The translations under genes and the position numbers were made by a program. The notes below the pieces were generated by a model. The model saw only the letters and a program-made list of their open reading frames with translations. It ran no database searches and was not told where the DNA came from. A stretch of 63,714 bases of DNA, the filler included, from Hyphochytrium catenoides (taxonomy: Eukaryota; Protista; Hyphochytriomycota), in assembly GCA_900088475.1 (NCBI GenBank). It is 12 parts of 12 records of this genome, joined end to end, with 100 filler letters (N's around TTAATTAATTAA, not from the genome) between each part and the next. Parts side by side here need not be neighbours in the genome. Positions count along the whole stretch, not along the records: positions 1 to 2,069 come from FLMG01000054.1; positions 2,170 to 3,947 come from FLMG01003374.1; positions 4,048 to 12,191 come from FLMG01003229.1; 9 more parts are not named here. The stretch is one strand, 5' to 3'. This document shows positions 1-11,880 of this stretch, in pieces. The stretch's first letter is position 1, and every line of letters begins with the position of its first letter.

Positions 1-121
1 CTTCGCTAGGAAGAGGTACCCTTTGGCACCTCCTATTTGACCTCTAAACATATTCTCCAGCTGCATCCCCATGAACCTGCTGCCCGCTCACAAATCTCCT
101 TTGAGGTGTCTCCCAGAGTCA

Positions 122-2069
122 TCGGACGTCCTCTAGGAGAATGGGAGGAGAGAACCTCCAGGGGCACTGGGCACCCGTCCTGGAAGAGGGAACGATGATC
201 CAGCCAAAGAGCCCGACGCAATGGACAATGGGAGACACCTCTAGGGAGACTGTCGAGCGGCAGAGGTGGGAGGAGGTAGAGCTGGAGACTATGTTCAAGA
301 AGCCAGAGGGGAGATCGCTAAGCGTCTCTGTACCTACCAGAATCCCGGAAGAGAGTAGGAGGTAAAGAAAAGAGAGAGAGAGCGGAAAGGACTAGTTTCT
401 CTCCTGTGTCTTACCTTCTTGGATATCATCTCGAGCAGTGTTACCCTCCTCCCAGCAATCTTCTTCATCGTACTCCTCCTCCTCCTCCGGCTCCTCCTCC
501 TCATAGTCATCCCCGTCCTCGAATTCGCCTCGTGAGTCCTCTTCACGGTTGGCGCCCGTCTTCCAGGACCAGCCTGGGATGCAGCCCTCAGCGGCGCTCC
601 CTAGAGCGCAGATAAACAGGTGAGAACTGTAGCGTCTCAGGAGCGCATGAGGCAGAAGGTAAGCAGAGAACAAAGGAAGAGAACGGAGAGAGGAGACAGA
701 GAATCAATGACAGCAACGCAAACACGTACCATTGTGGAGCCCATCTCGACTGTCACTCTCCTCCCAGCACTCTTCTTCACCATACTCCGGCTCCTCCTCC
801 TCATAGTCATCCTCCTCCTCCTCTAACTGCGACTCGTCGCCTCTTGAGTCCTCTTCACGGCTGGCGCCCGTCTTCCAGGACCAGATTGGGATGCCGCTGT
901 CAGCGTCGCTCCCTAGAGCACACATCAGGAATGAGAGAAAAGAAGGAGTCCTAAGGAGCACTGCGCCAGGAGGTAAGCAGAGCAAGGAAGAGATGAAGAA
1001 GGGAGACAGAGATATCCGATCATGACCGCGATGCAAACAGGAAAGGAAAGGGAGAGAGAAGTAAAGAGAGAGAGACTAGACAATGCCTTGGCTCGCCAGC
1101 GCTTACCCTTGAATACTCCTTGGAACCTCTCCTCCTGCTCATCCTCGAGCTCTTCTTCAGAGCCCTGCTCGCTTTGCGTGCCTGAAAACGAGCATTCTAG
1201 ATCTTCCTCGTCCATCTCACTGCTGGCTGCTCCATGTGAGAGAAAGAGAGAGAAAGAGGCAAAAGGAGCCAAAGTAAGAGACAGGTACTAAGAGTCCCAA
1301 AAAATTGGGAATGACCAACTCAGAACAGAGAGGGAGAGAAAGAGAGAGAGGGAATGCTGTCTTGGCATCACGCTCTCATCTCAACAGTTTCTCATTGTGA
1401 CTCCCCGTCCCACCCTTTCTTAGATACAGGGCGATCTTTCCAGAAATAGAAGAAAGAGCTGCGGCGTCATTGAACTGGGGTGACAAAGAAGAGAAGGAGA
1501 GCTAGATGGAGAGAAAGAAAAGAGACAGCGATGTTGCAAAAAGACGGGGCTGAAGTCTCAAGAGTACTCTCGACTAGCTACCTTCGAAAATGTTTTTGAC
1601 TCCGAAGACACCGTGCTGCCGCTCTCCTTCCACGTGTTCGTCGTCGGGTTGCCGCCTTGCTGAGCCCCAGGACCACTTCTCAGGCTGCTTCCCCACATCC
1701 TCCGCTTCGCCTTACGACGGCCAGAGAACGAAAAGAAACAATGAGCCGTACGGGTTCCCCATCGCGAGCAGGGCGAGTCACAAAGTAGCGAGAGAGAAAG
1801 GAAGAAAGAGCTTATGTGGGAAAAGATGAAGCACAGGAGAACATAACAAAGTAACAGAGAGGCGGCACACAGCCTGTTATCCTCTTCCAACCTTCCTTTA
1901 TTCTCACCGGTGAGGGGTTCTTCCAGGTCATCATCGTTTACACCCCACGCTCGACGGAGATCTTCCTCGAAGCTCGTAAAGAAACCACCACCGCCTGTGG
2001 AAGGAGCCTTCCCGTGCAGCTCCCAGAGTTGGTGCTGCAGCTCTGCCTTATCCTTCTTTAGCACCTCAA
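122..2069 (-). CDS. Partial multi-exon acidic low-complexity protein of unknown function with a duplicated exon
   Basis: GT-AG-bounded Glu/Asp-rich exons, including 730-912 and 415-600 (both phase 1). 5' end lost at the linker; the terminal exon is tentative. Confidence 0.5.
415..1010 (-). repeat. Tandem duplication of an intron+exon unit (~315 bp period)
   Basis: Shared tggtcctggaagacgggcgcca..cgtgaagaggactca core and EEEEPE..EE.CWEE peptide. The upstream intron halves are also similar. Confidence 0.85.
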
Positions 2070-2169
2070 NNNNNNNNNNNNNNNNNNNNNNNNNNNNNNN
2101 NNNNNNNNNNNNNTTAATTAATTAANNNNNNNNNNNNNNNNNNNNNNNNNNNNNNNNNNNNNNNNNNNN
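2070..2169. other. Artificial scaffold linker (N44-TTAATTAATTAA-N44, stops in all six frames). Same linker at 3948-4047, 12192-12291, 25788-25887, 43646-43745, 49474-49573, 56439-56538, 57941-58040, 59043-59142, 60511-60610, 62533-62632
   Basis: Eleven identical 100-bp blocks. Several genes are truncated at them. Confidence 0.97.
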
Positions 2170-3158
2170 GGGGGGGGGGGGGTAGTTCAAGAGAGTCCGA
2201 AAGCTAAATGTAACCTCCTGACTCCTTCTTTCCTTCTGGTCCAGGATACCTTGGAATGTTCGCTCTTCTTGGACTCTCGATCGAAGCGGCTGTGCGCCTA
2301 ATGATGGCTTATAAATGAGCAGCTATAATTTCAGTGAAGCATGAGTTGAAACGCCCACGACCATCGAACAAAGAAAAGTTAACTACTTGCAAACGATCTC
2401 TTTTGAGGGCACACAAAGAAAAGGGGTCTTCTGCGCCATGGCGCTTTCTCCTTAACCTACCCATAAGAAGATTGTGCTGCTTACCGATATGTTCAAAAGT
2501 AATAGAGATTATAAAAAGAAGTAACGGCGCTGCTGAGACCATGGCTTTGGCCTTTTGATGGATAGTGTAAGAAGAGTAAGGTTCTTACGAAGCGAGTGCA
2601 CAGAGTAACGTAAGTGAAGGTTCTTGCTAATGAGAGAACGTCTTCTAAGGCAGAAGACCAACAGCAGCACCACCATCATCAGAAGCAACCGGGAGCGGAC
2701 TTTCTTTTCAGCACTCAGTTTTTGGCAAACCTGGGTTTTGATACCCATAAATGTGATTTTTACAGTTTTATGGTTGGTTTACTGCTAAAATGCTTCGAGA
2801 TATGGAGCTACCCAGGTTAACCTCAAATAGAGGTAGGTCAATGGATCTTTTGTACCTTGAGGATCTTTTGTCTCGTCCTCGCTCCCAACAACAGCTTTTG
2901 AGACCAAGCCGACTAGCTAGAAGCCTCCAGGAGGCTGGCGGCACTAGGAAAGAGAGAGGAAAGAGAAGAGGAAGAAGAAAGAGAAGTGCGTGTTGAAAGT
3001 ATTGACTGATTGTTGGGGCACCGGTCAAGATTGAAGAAGCGAGTTGCACTGCTCCTTCATTATCAAACAGTCAATCACCAGAGTACAAGCTTTCCTTTCG
3101 CAGCAAACTGCTTTTCTACAGCCGTTCGTCGTTGCTCGAGCTAAAGAACACCTGAGAC

Positions 3159-3947
3159 ATGTCTTTGAATCTTGTCCTCGTCCCGGCGCACAGCTTCGTG
3201 CTGCTGAACACTGTGGCAACCTTTGGGATCAACCTCTGGGCGGGCTTCGGAGTAGGATCAGCAAGGAAGAAGTATGATGTGCCATATCCCACAGTAAGAA
3301 ACCGCGACACCGGTATTAGTACTTAGCCTCTTGGGCAACGACCTTGCTGAGCACGACAATACATTTGATTACGTTCCATCACAAAAGCGTCTTAGTCTGG
3401 TTTAGTCTCTCGCGCGCGGTCCTATTTTCATTTACCTTGACCGCCGTTTTTCTTGACTTCTAACACCATAGTCCCTCAGATGTACGCTGATGCTACCAAC
3501 AAGAACCACAAGATCTTCAACTGCTATCAGAGAGCGCACCAGAATGTGATTGAGAACATCCCTCTCTACCTTGCCATGCAGCTCACTGGAGCGTAAGTCT
3601 TTATTGTTCTGCATGTCCGCCCCGTAGCCAATCTTGTCTAAAGTATCTGTCGTTTTTGATACGCTCTCCGAATGTTATATTGGCTTGGTGCTGCTCTACC
3701 AAGATGCTCGTTGTGGCCGTATTCACTCTCAGCCTTTGCCTCGTGTTCCTATTGATCTCTTACTTCTCTTCTCCCTTCACCACCAGCATTTTGCGCCCAG
3801 AAATTGCAGCAGTCTGTGGTTTGATCCGCAATCTGGGCTTCATTTTCTATGTGAAAGGATATCAAACAGGAGACCCTAAGAAGAGAGAATGGGGAGTATT
3901 TGGTCACCTTGGCATGTTTGCCCTGGTAGGATTGACGGTTGAGGTTG
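3159..3947 (+). CDS. MGST3: Microsomal glutathione S-transferase 3-like (MAPEG family), 3' truncated
   Basis: Exons 3159-3293, 3480-3592, 3787-3947 give ...VGSARKKYDVPYPT|MYAD...FNCYQRAHQNVIEN...FYVKGYQTGDPKKR, the MGST3 hallmarks. Confidence 0.93.
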
Positions 3948-4302
3948 NNNNNNNNNNNNNNNNNNNNNNNNNNNNNNNNNNNNNNNNNNNNTTAATTAAT
4001 TAANNNNNNNNNNNNNNNNNNNNNNNNNNNNNNNNNNNNNNNNNNNNGGGGTAAAATGTGCGGTACGGGGTTAGTTGTTATTGTTAGGCTAATATCGCCT
4101 GGGCATAATAGTGGCACTACCCTTTACTCACTCAATAATAAGGCAAGGATTCGGATGCCCATCAGATCTTTGTGGTTCCAGGTGTCCTGGGGTAGCTCTG
4201 GAGCCATGAATGCTGGATTCACAAGGCCTTGGTGGCGCCTTTGTAACGGTAGCGGCTGCCCTCTTCTCTCTCCCTTCCTATCTTCGGCTGCTTTGGGTGT
4301 AA

Positions 4303-4316
4303 AGGGAGAGAGAGAA

Positions 4317-4363
<47 letters not shown>

Positions 4364-4505
4364 CAGAAAGAGTGAGCGAGAGAGAGGGAGAGAGAGAGAG
4401 TGGGAGAAACAGAGAGAGAGAGCGACAGAGAGAGCGACAGAGAAAGCGACAGAGAGAGCGACAGAGAGAAAGACTGAGAGATTGAGGGAGAGACAAAGAG
4501 AGCGT

Positions 4506-4542
<37 letters not shown>

Positions 4543-4590
4543 TGAAAGAGAGAGACAAGACTCCAGAAAGAGAGAGGTAAGAGGGAGAGA
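4303..4590. repeat. (GA)n microsatellite tract with embedded agagagcgacag-type 12-mer units
   Basis: Directly visible. Representative of dozens of GA/CT tracts in the window. Confidence 0.9.
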
Positions 4591-5463
4591 GGCGAGCAGA
4601 GGTTTGAACTCATGCGTTGGCGTCTGGCGGTCGAAAAGTGAGAATCGCCCATGTGCCCACCCATCCTCTGGCTGACGCTTTCTGCTACGAGTACCTCTCC
4701 ACCTTCCTCACCACAGTGCCATAGAACTACGACGACAAACAGCTGTGTGTACAGGCAGCGGAGGAGGAAAGCAAGTGGAGGACGAGTTTTGGCTATCCGT
4801 TACGTTACGACCGCCCCCGCCCACCCACCCGCGGCCTTCCAACTAAACGGCCTTCTAAGCAACCTTATATCGTCGCGTTTAGTAAGGTTCTGTCCATTGG
4901 TCCGAATAAAGCTGCATATTCAATACTCATTATGGATAAAGTCAGAGAACTGTGTCAGTTTGTACGGTACCTTCCTAGGATATTCGCTCTGCGCGGTTGG
5001 ATCCTCCCCTGAGCGGCGAGGAGAAGGGACATCAGAAAGATCTTTTCTTCCTTCTCCATGTGAGGCCTGGCCCTCTGCCCTCACCTTCCTCCCTCCTCCC
5101 TCTCTTCTCTTCTCTCTTCTCTCTTTCTCTCCGCTGTTACTGTTCTGTTCTGTTCTGTTCTCTCCGCTCCTCTCTCCCCTCTCTCCATCTTCTGTTTCTG
5201 GCGCTCTCTGTCTTGACAGTCCATCCTCATGTCCCTTCCCTTCCCTGTCTCTCCTAGTACTCTGTCTCGTACTCTGTCTCGACGGTTGGCGCTATCCTGG
5301 GACGGCTGCTTTTGTTCTTCTCTTCTCTGGCAGCGGCGCGCGCTCTTTCCGAGATACTTAGGAAGGCACTTCCACAATTGCCGCCAACCCCGAACGTTCA
5401 GACAGACACAGATTGAGAGACCAGGATCTCTTCCTCGTATATTTTTCTATCACCTCAGAGAGA

Positions 5464-5922
5464 ATGGCCAAGAACAAGGGAAAAGGCAAGGGCAGCACCA
5501 CGCCTCCCAAGCCCACAGACACCGTTCCCCAGCCAGCTGCAGCGGCTCCTCAGCCATCAGGCAAGAACGCTCCCGCAGTAGAAGTAGCACCAAACCCTGC
5601 AGCTAGCGGCCCCAAGGAGGGCACCGTCTCCAAGGCCACCCCAACCAGCAGCAGCAGCAGCGGCCGCAACGCACCAGCAAGCTCTACGAAGGGCGATGTG
5701 ACCGTANNNNNNNNNNNNNNNNNNNNNNNNNNNNNNNNNNNNNNNNNNNNNNNNNNNNNNNNNNNNNNCGTCGGGACTGACTTCCCTAGGACCTTAGAGT
5801 ATAAGTATGTGGTCATGGGCCCGCATGGAGATATGATCTGGTATAGCGGGGAGAATTTGGTGGTAGATACGATCCTTGGTGCCGGAGAGAGAGAGGTGTC
5901 GGTGCTTGACTCATGGAGGTAA
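5464..5922 (+). CDS. Small protein: Pro/Ala/Ser-rich N-terminus plus C-terminal CBM20-like (starch/glycogen-binding) domain; internal N gap
   Basis: LEYKYVVMGPHGDMIWYSGENLVV...VSVLDSWR* matches the CBM20 C-terminal half (EYKYV...WE.G.NR...v.D.W). The N-terminal half of the domain falls in the gap. Confidence 0.65.
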   Translation: MAKNKGKGKGSTTPPKPTDTVPQPAAAAPQPSGKNAPAVEVAPNPAASGPKEGTVSKATPTSSSSSGRNAPASSTKGDVTVXXXXXXXXXXXXXXXXXXXXXVGTDFPRTLEYKYVVMGPHGDMIWYSGENLVVDTILGAGEREVSVLDSWR

Positions 5923-6023
5923 ACCTAGAAGAAGTTGACGGACTGGGAGTTGGGAATGGTAGGCAACTGATTTGAACTGGTTTTTATAGAAGACAAAAGG
6001 TTATAGCAAGGAAGGGACAAAGA

Positions 6024-6062
<39 letters not shown>

Positions 6063-6071
6063 CTGCTCTAA

Positions 6072-9000
6072 CTAAAGGGTAAAATCGAACTGCTGGAACT
6101 TTCTTTTGAACTCCGCTGTAAGCTTCTTTTCTGCTTCCTGAGGAATCACGCAGTACTGCACAGGGGGATGGTTTACCAATGAGAAGAGAGAGAGAGAGAG
6201 AGAGAGAAGAAGGACAGGAAGTAGGGCCGTGGCGATTAGGTAGGGGGATCATTAGAAGTGGAGAGAGAACCAAAGATAAAGGATGTACAAGACGTGGACG
6301 TATAGCGCACGAAAGGAGCGCTAACTAGCAAAAAGATAATCGCTGAAAGCGAAAGTAGAAAGAGAGAGCTATGCAAGACCCAGGAAGTCAAACTCCTCTC
6401 TTTCCTCGAGCTCCTCACCTTCCAGTCGGCTCGTTGTGGCATCTCTACCAGCTCTGCAGCCACATCGCGGCCGAACTGCAGGCGATAGCGGCCCGTCACC
6501 CGATGTAGGAGCCGTCGAGGAGGCGACCCTATATAATGCAGTCGACGAGAGACAGATACTTAAAATAATAGAAAGAGGGACGTGACTGGGTACTTCACCT
6601 TTCAGTGAACGCGGAGGATGTAGATTTAGTATGAGAGAAGGATATGTGGAACAGAGACAAGCTAAAAGAGAAGCATCTTGTAGAGAGGCTCTTGGGAGAT
6701 GCATACAGAGACAAGCGCACACAGCAAAAGCAGAGGAAGAAATAAGAAGACGCACCGACACTCTTGTCCGCTCCAAACACCTCGAAGTAGAAGTAAGAAT
6801 CATCTCGGACTGCCTCAGCAAGATCTATCCCTAAGCAAGGCCAAGCGCAAGAGTTAAACAATGGCAGAAAAGAGGCGGAAAGAGAGAGAGAGAAGAGAAG
6901 GGAGAGTGGAAGGGCCGAGGAGGGAGGGAGTCGAGAGAGAGGGAAGAGCGAGTGAGCGGCGAGGGAAGCGATAGAGAGAACAGCACTGCTGCTGCACTTC
7001 GCTTACCTTCCTTCAGCTCTTCAAACTTCATGTTCGTACTTCTACCCCGAGCTAGGATCACTTTCACCATCTCGTCTAATAGGAGCCGCCGCAATGAAGT
7101 GCATAGAAATAAAAAAGTAGAAGCCAACAAAGAGGGGAGAGAGAAACCAGTAAGATTTCTTCTACTGAACACCATGGACATGTACCGGAGATTGAGCTGA
7201 CTCCGAGGAACATAAACTCGAGGAAATCGACAGCGTAAGGAACCAAGAGTTCACCGAGAGACCATCTCACCATAGGATGGCGAGTGTAAAGGCAAACTCA
7301 GATGACGGTCAGAGTAAGAGAGAGGGGAGGGAGACAGCCAACTATATATCTAGTTATAGCTGATAAAGAAGAAGAAGAGATAGAAACTGCTGAGGAGAAT
7401 GATGGCCCCCTTACCTTCGCTCTTAGGGACAGGAATGGCTTGCAGATGGGCGTGCGCGGTGGAGGTGCCGCTTATAAACCTTTCAAAGACTAACATTCCT
7501 TGGTTGAAGGAGAAGTAGTAGCTGAGCAGCGCAGCTTTGTACCGCTCCACCTCCTGCACCGCCCCCTCGCTCAGCGCTGCGGTGGAGGGCTGGTGGCTGA
7601 TGGGGACGATAAGCTGGTGGTCAGGAAGCAAGGCGCCCTTCGGCTGAGACAGGTAGATTTCCTCGCCTATACTGTGTATTGATGAAGAGAAAAGACCAAT
7701 CGCAGGGGATTAGGAGGTAAACATAGACAGGCAGGAGCGCTCGTTCGGCCCACTCGCCGCACCTTGAGAAAGAAAAAGCTTTTGTTCTCTCACATTCAGT
7801 TGAAACCACTGTAGCTCTTTCTCTTTCTCTCTCTCTCTCCCTTGGCCTACGTACATACTTCTCCATTTTTATGCTGGCTTAAATTCCTCTCTCTTGCTAC
7901 CCACCTTGTGATGAGATGCTTCTCTACATTGGGAGTGGCGAGACAGAACCAGCAATCTGCCCTGGGTCGGACCACGACTCCTGCTTCTGATGTCACCTCC
8001 TGAGGGCGTGGAGGAGGGCCGGAGTTGGGTGCTCTCCCTCTCATGTCTCCTGCGCCTCTTCCCAGTCGTTCCCCTCCTCTTCCGCCTCTCCCTCTCCCTC
8101 TCCCTGTTATGCAGTAGCAAATGAAACACTCAGTAGAGACACAGAGGTGAACGTACGTAGAAGCGAGAAAGAGACACAAAGAGATAGAGAGAGAAGACCA
8201 AATGAACTAGGGACCGAAGAGCGAGCCCGCTTTTATGTGAAGTAGAGGAAATAGGTTGAGAAAGATAACTAGAAACGAAAAGAGCAAGATGACCACGAGG
8301 GAAGTAGAGTGTAGACCGCCAACTAACCTCTTCCATTACTGTCATAGAAGTACTGGTTGCGGGACTGCTGATGCTCCTGTTCCATAGCGGCCACCGCATC
8401 GGCGGACAGACCTAAAAGAGAGACGATGATGAGTATTTTATCTCTGGCCAACTTGAAGATTAGCAGGCCCTTGCTTAGGCAAACGCTTCAAATCTGTGTT
8501 TCCTTCCCCTCTTTCATGCGTCCGGTCTTCCTTCCCTTCGCCACCGCATGGGCGCACACCCTATTGGAAGTTGGTGTCTATAGTTTCCTCTCTCCTTTCA
8601 GCTCTCTTTTTCTCTCGTCCCGTGCTTGTCGCTTTACGAAGCCAGGCTCACCATGTTTGCGCTTCCTGCTGCTCTCAAGGGCCGGCTCCTGGAGAACCTT
8701 GTGGCCCGCGGTGAAAGGATTCTCGGTACTGCCGCCTGGGATACTACTCAGTGCCTCCGAGTCTACCTGTAAGGCGTCGCCAGGAACAGAGGTCAGAAGC
8801 CAAGGCCCACAGTGAAGCCTTCCATCAAGAGCAGGAAGACTGGGAGCTTTAGAAGCGCTCATGCAGAGATGTGTGTCAAAGATGGATAGGCAGAGGTCCT
8901 TCTACACCCTTTCCTGGGACCCGCGAACGATGGGTGACGCCAGCAGCAGTCACAAAGTAGAATGGACAGAGAGAGAAGAGGGAAAGAAGAGAGAAAGGGA

Positions 9001-10985
9001 GAGATGAGAAAGAGCTTGAAGAGAAGAAGCATGCCAGAGAGAGGGTCGCAGAGGAAAAGACACCCTAACTGAGAAGAAGAGACAGGCACAAGAATAGAGA
9101 GAGAGAGAGATAAGGAAGAGAAGTGAATGGCAGCGTGGAGAGCAAATGAAGAAGATCAGATTTAGAGTTCGAAGGTGATCACCTGAGAGAGAGGAACAAG
9201 GTTCAAAGCATGAATAAACTTCTTGGCTTTTCTAACCGCAGGGTCAGTGTGCTCCTCGACTCGACAGAGGCCAACAAACCTAATAACAAGAGAGAGAGAG
9301 AGTCACTTTGTGCATGTGGCACGAAAACTTCTAGGACATAGAAAAAAGTAAAAAGCGGAAACAGAGTCAAGAAGATACGAAGAAAGATAAAGCGCAGCTA
9401 GGGACACTGCCTTAAGACAAAGATGCAAAGAAAGCATTAGCCAGAGATCGAGGCAGAAGGAGACGGAAGTGAAGGGTTACCATAGAAAGATAAGCATGAA
9501 AGGACCTTGCCCCTCATTTTACGGAGCTGAGAGGGCAGCGTTGGGCAAGAGGAAAAGTGGAAAGAAGAAGAGGAAAGCTGTTCTGGAGGCCCACCAAGGT
9601 CTAGAGGAGGAGTAGGGAAAAGGAAGACTTAAAGGAAAGGCCGCACGCAAGAGAGCGCGCTTTCACTTTCTCTTTGCACCTCGTCACATGTCCGCCGGGA
9701 TTCACATAGGGAGGCCGTTGGAAGAAGAGATTCTGAGAGACTGCACAGTGGTACCGCGGCTTCAGGAGAAGAGCAAGGCTAGCTGCGGTCTGCGAGGATC
9801 AGTTGGAGGGCGATTGAGCGAGAGAAAGAGAGAAAAAGAAAGAGACACAGAGAGAGAAACAGGGACAGAGAGCGAAGGGCAAACAAAAGCAAAGAGAGTG
9901 AGAGAGCAACAGGGACACAGAGAAAGAGAAAAGGCAGAGAGAGAGAGAGAGTGCGAGTGAAAATCCGGAGAGAAGTGAACAAAGAAATAAAATCCTGCTA
10001 CGGACCGCGGAGCTTCTTTCCGGACTAAAGCCTTCAGGGAGAAGCTCCTGACTGACGAGGCGCTCGACTCTGGATTGGACGAAACAGAAAGAAAGGAAGA
10101 CCAGGGAAGAAGGAAAATAGTGGGGAGAGGACCGTGAGGAGAAAGAGCAACGATAAGGCAAAGCTTGACCGATGAACGGGAATGTATAGACTAACCTCAT
10201 CCACGGCAGAGATGGAAGCAACATATCAAAAAGAAGCAAAAGAGAGAGTAGACCATGAAGAGAAAAATCTCAGGTAACTTCAGCGCCCTTCAGATGATCT
10301 CGAGGAGCGGGTACTCTCTCACCCTGCTGGCCATGGCCCAGTGAGCAGCAGATCTACGCCTTTGAAGTCCTCCTTTGCCTCTATCAAGGTTGAGAAGAAG
10401 CGGATCTGTGGAAGTAAACGGCCGATGTTAATTAGGAAAGAGAAGAGAGAGAAACAGAGAGAGAGAGAGAGAGAGAAGAAAAGATAGAGAGATGTATAAG
10501 TAACGCGAATACTAAAAAAGGTAAAGAGGAAACAGAAGATCCTTTCTCTCCTGCTCAAGGGCTTACATCCTCGGCTTCCGTCTCTCCTCCTCCTTGCTCT
10601 CTGTCCGACAAAGGCCACCAAAACGCGATATTAAGGCCTTTCACCTGCCAAAACATGGAGAGAAACCTTTTCAGTACTGCTAAGGTCTTCTACAGCCCAA
10701 CAGTAAGATAGAGCGAGGGAGGCAAGAGAGAGAGAAAGAGAGAAGTGGATAATGCAGGCATATGGCAGGCAAGAGAGAGAGACGAGAAAAGAAGCCTTCC
10801 AATGACTCGAGGACGTAGAAGAGAGATAGCGGTAAACAGACAGATGGAGAAAAGGATAGAAAGAACCAGACAGAGAATTTCAGGCAGCGGTGACGGTGGA
10901 CAAGAGATCAATAGAGAGAAAGAGAGAGATGAGAATAGAGAACCTATGCGCCGCAAGTTCCTAGACAGTATAGAAAAGAGGGACT

Positions 10986-11039
<54 letters not shown>

Positions 11040-11368
11040 AAAAGCCAGCCTGAGGAAACAGCCCATCCTCTTTCTACCTCTCTGACACCTCGCCGACCAA
11101 GTGGAAGGGGAGAGAAAGAGGCATCATCTCCTTCTTTCTCCTCCACGTCCTCCTCTTTCTCTCCCTCCTCATAGCAGCTGGCGTAATAAGTAGGGATGGG
11201 TGCCTTCAGCGCCTCCGCTGCCTCCTCCTTGTCCAGCTCGAAGGCTAACGAGCAAAGAAGTAGATCGAAAGGCCCAGCCTTGGACTTGCAGAGCTTCCCC
11301 ACGTGAGAGAAGAGGAAGCGCAGTTCCTCCTTCGAGGCCACCTCCCCCGCCAGGAGAGTCTTGACCAT
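6072..11368 (-). CDS. CWF19L1: CWF19-like protein 1 (Drn1): degenerate metallophosphoesterase N-terminus plus CwfJ C-terminal domains, many introns
   Basis: MVKTLLAGEV...KAGPFDLLLC, GVDLLLTGPWPAG, LKPRYH, FFQRPPYVN, DCWFCLATPNVEKHLI, PKGALLPDHQLIVPISH, HAHLQAIPVP, QFGRDVAAELVEMPQRADWK, ending FQQFDFTL*. Confidence 0.92.
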
Positions 11369-11838
11369 GGTGCCGGAGAGAGAGACTAATAAGGAAGGTT
11401 CTATGTGGAGGACGGAGGAAAGACACAGGCAGGTGGAGGTGGAAGCAGGGGAATGAGAGAAGAGAGAGAGGGAAGAGAAGAGATAAGAGAGAGAGGGAAG
11501 AGAAGAGATAACAGAGAAGGAGAGGACAGAGAAGAGAGAGAGCGCGCGCGAGGGAGACAGATGAAGTGAGAGGACCAATAACGTCGGTGATTCAAAGAAT
11601 CTTCGTCATCCGACTAATGGTGGCTTCGTCTGGGCACTCGATGACTGGTCCGTCGTCCCTTCGCCTGTAGGGAGACCGTTTCTTCTTCTACCTCTTCGGG
11701 GAGACAAAAAGGGAGAAGACATCCTCTCCCCGTTGTCTTTAATAAACAAAAAGCTGTCTCAAAGCAAGCAGCTCGCGTCACCTAGTGCTTCTCTCTCTCT
11801 CTCTTCCCTGTCGCTCTCGCTTTGTGTTCCACTCTATC

Positions 11839-11880
<42 letters not shown>

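Noticed and set aside
2114-2125. Recurrent palindromic TTAATTAATTAA as a biological repeat or element end
   Set aside because: Always centred in a fixed 100-bp N block, so it is an assembly concatenation linker.
4056-4664. ORFs rich in ERERER or LSLSLS (also 28126-31838, 42280-42651 and others)
   Set aside because: Translations of GA/CT microsatellites, which contain no stop codons; mostly intronic or intergenic.
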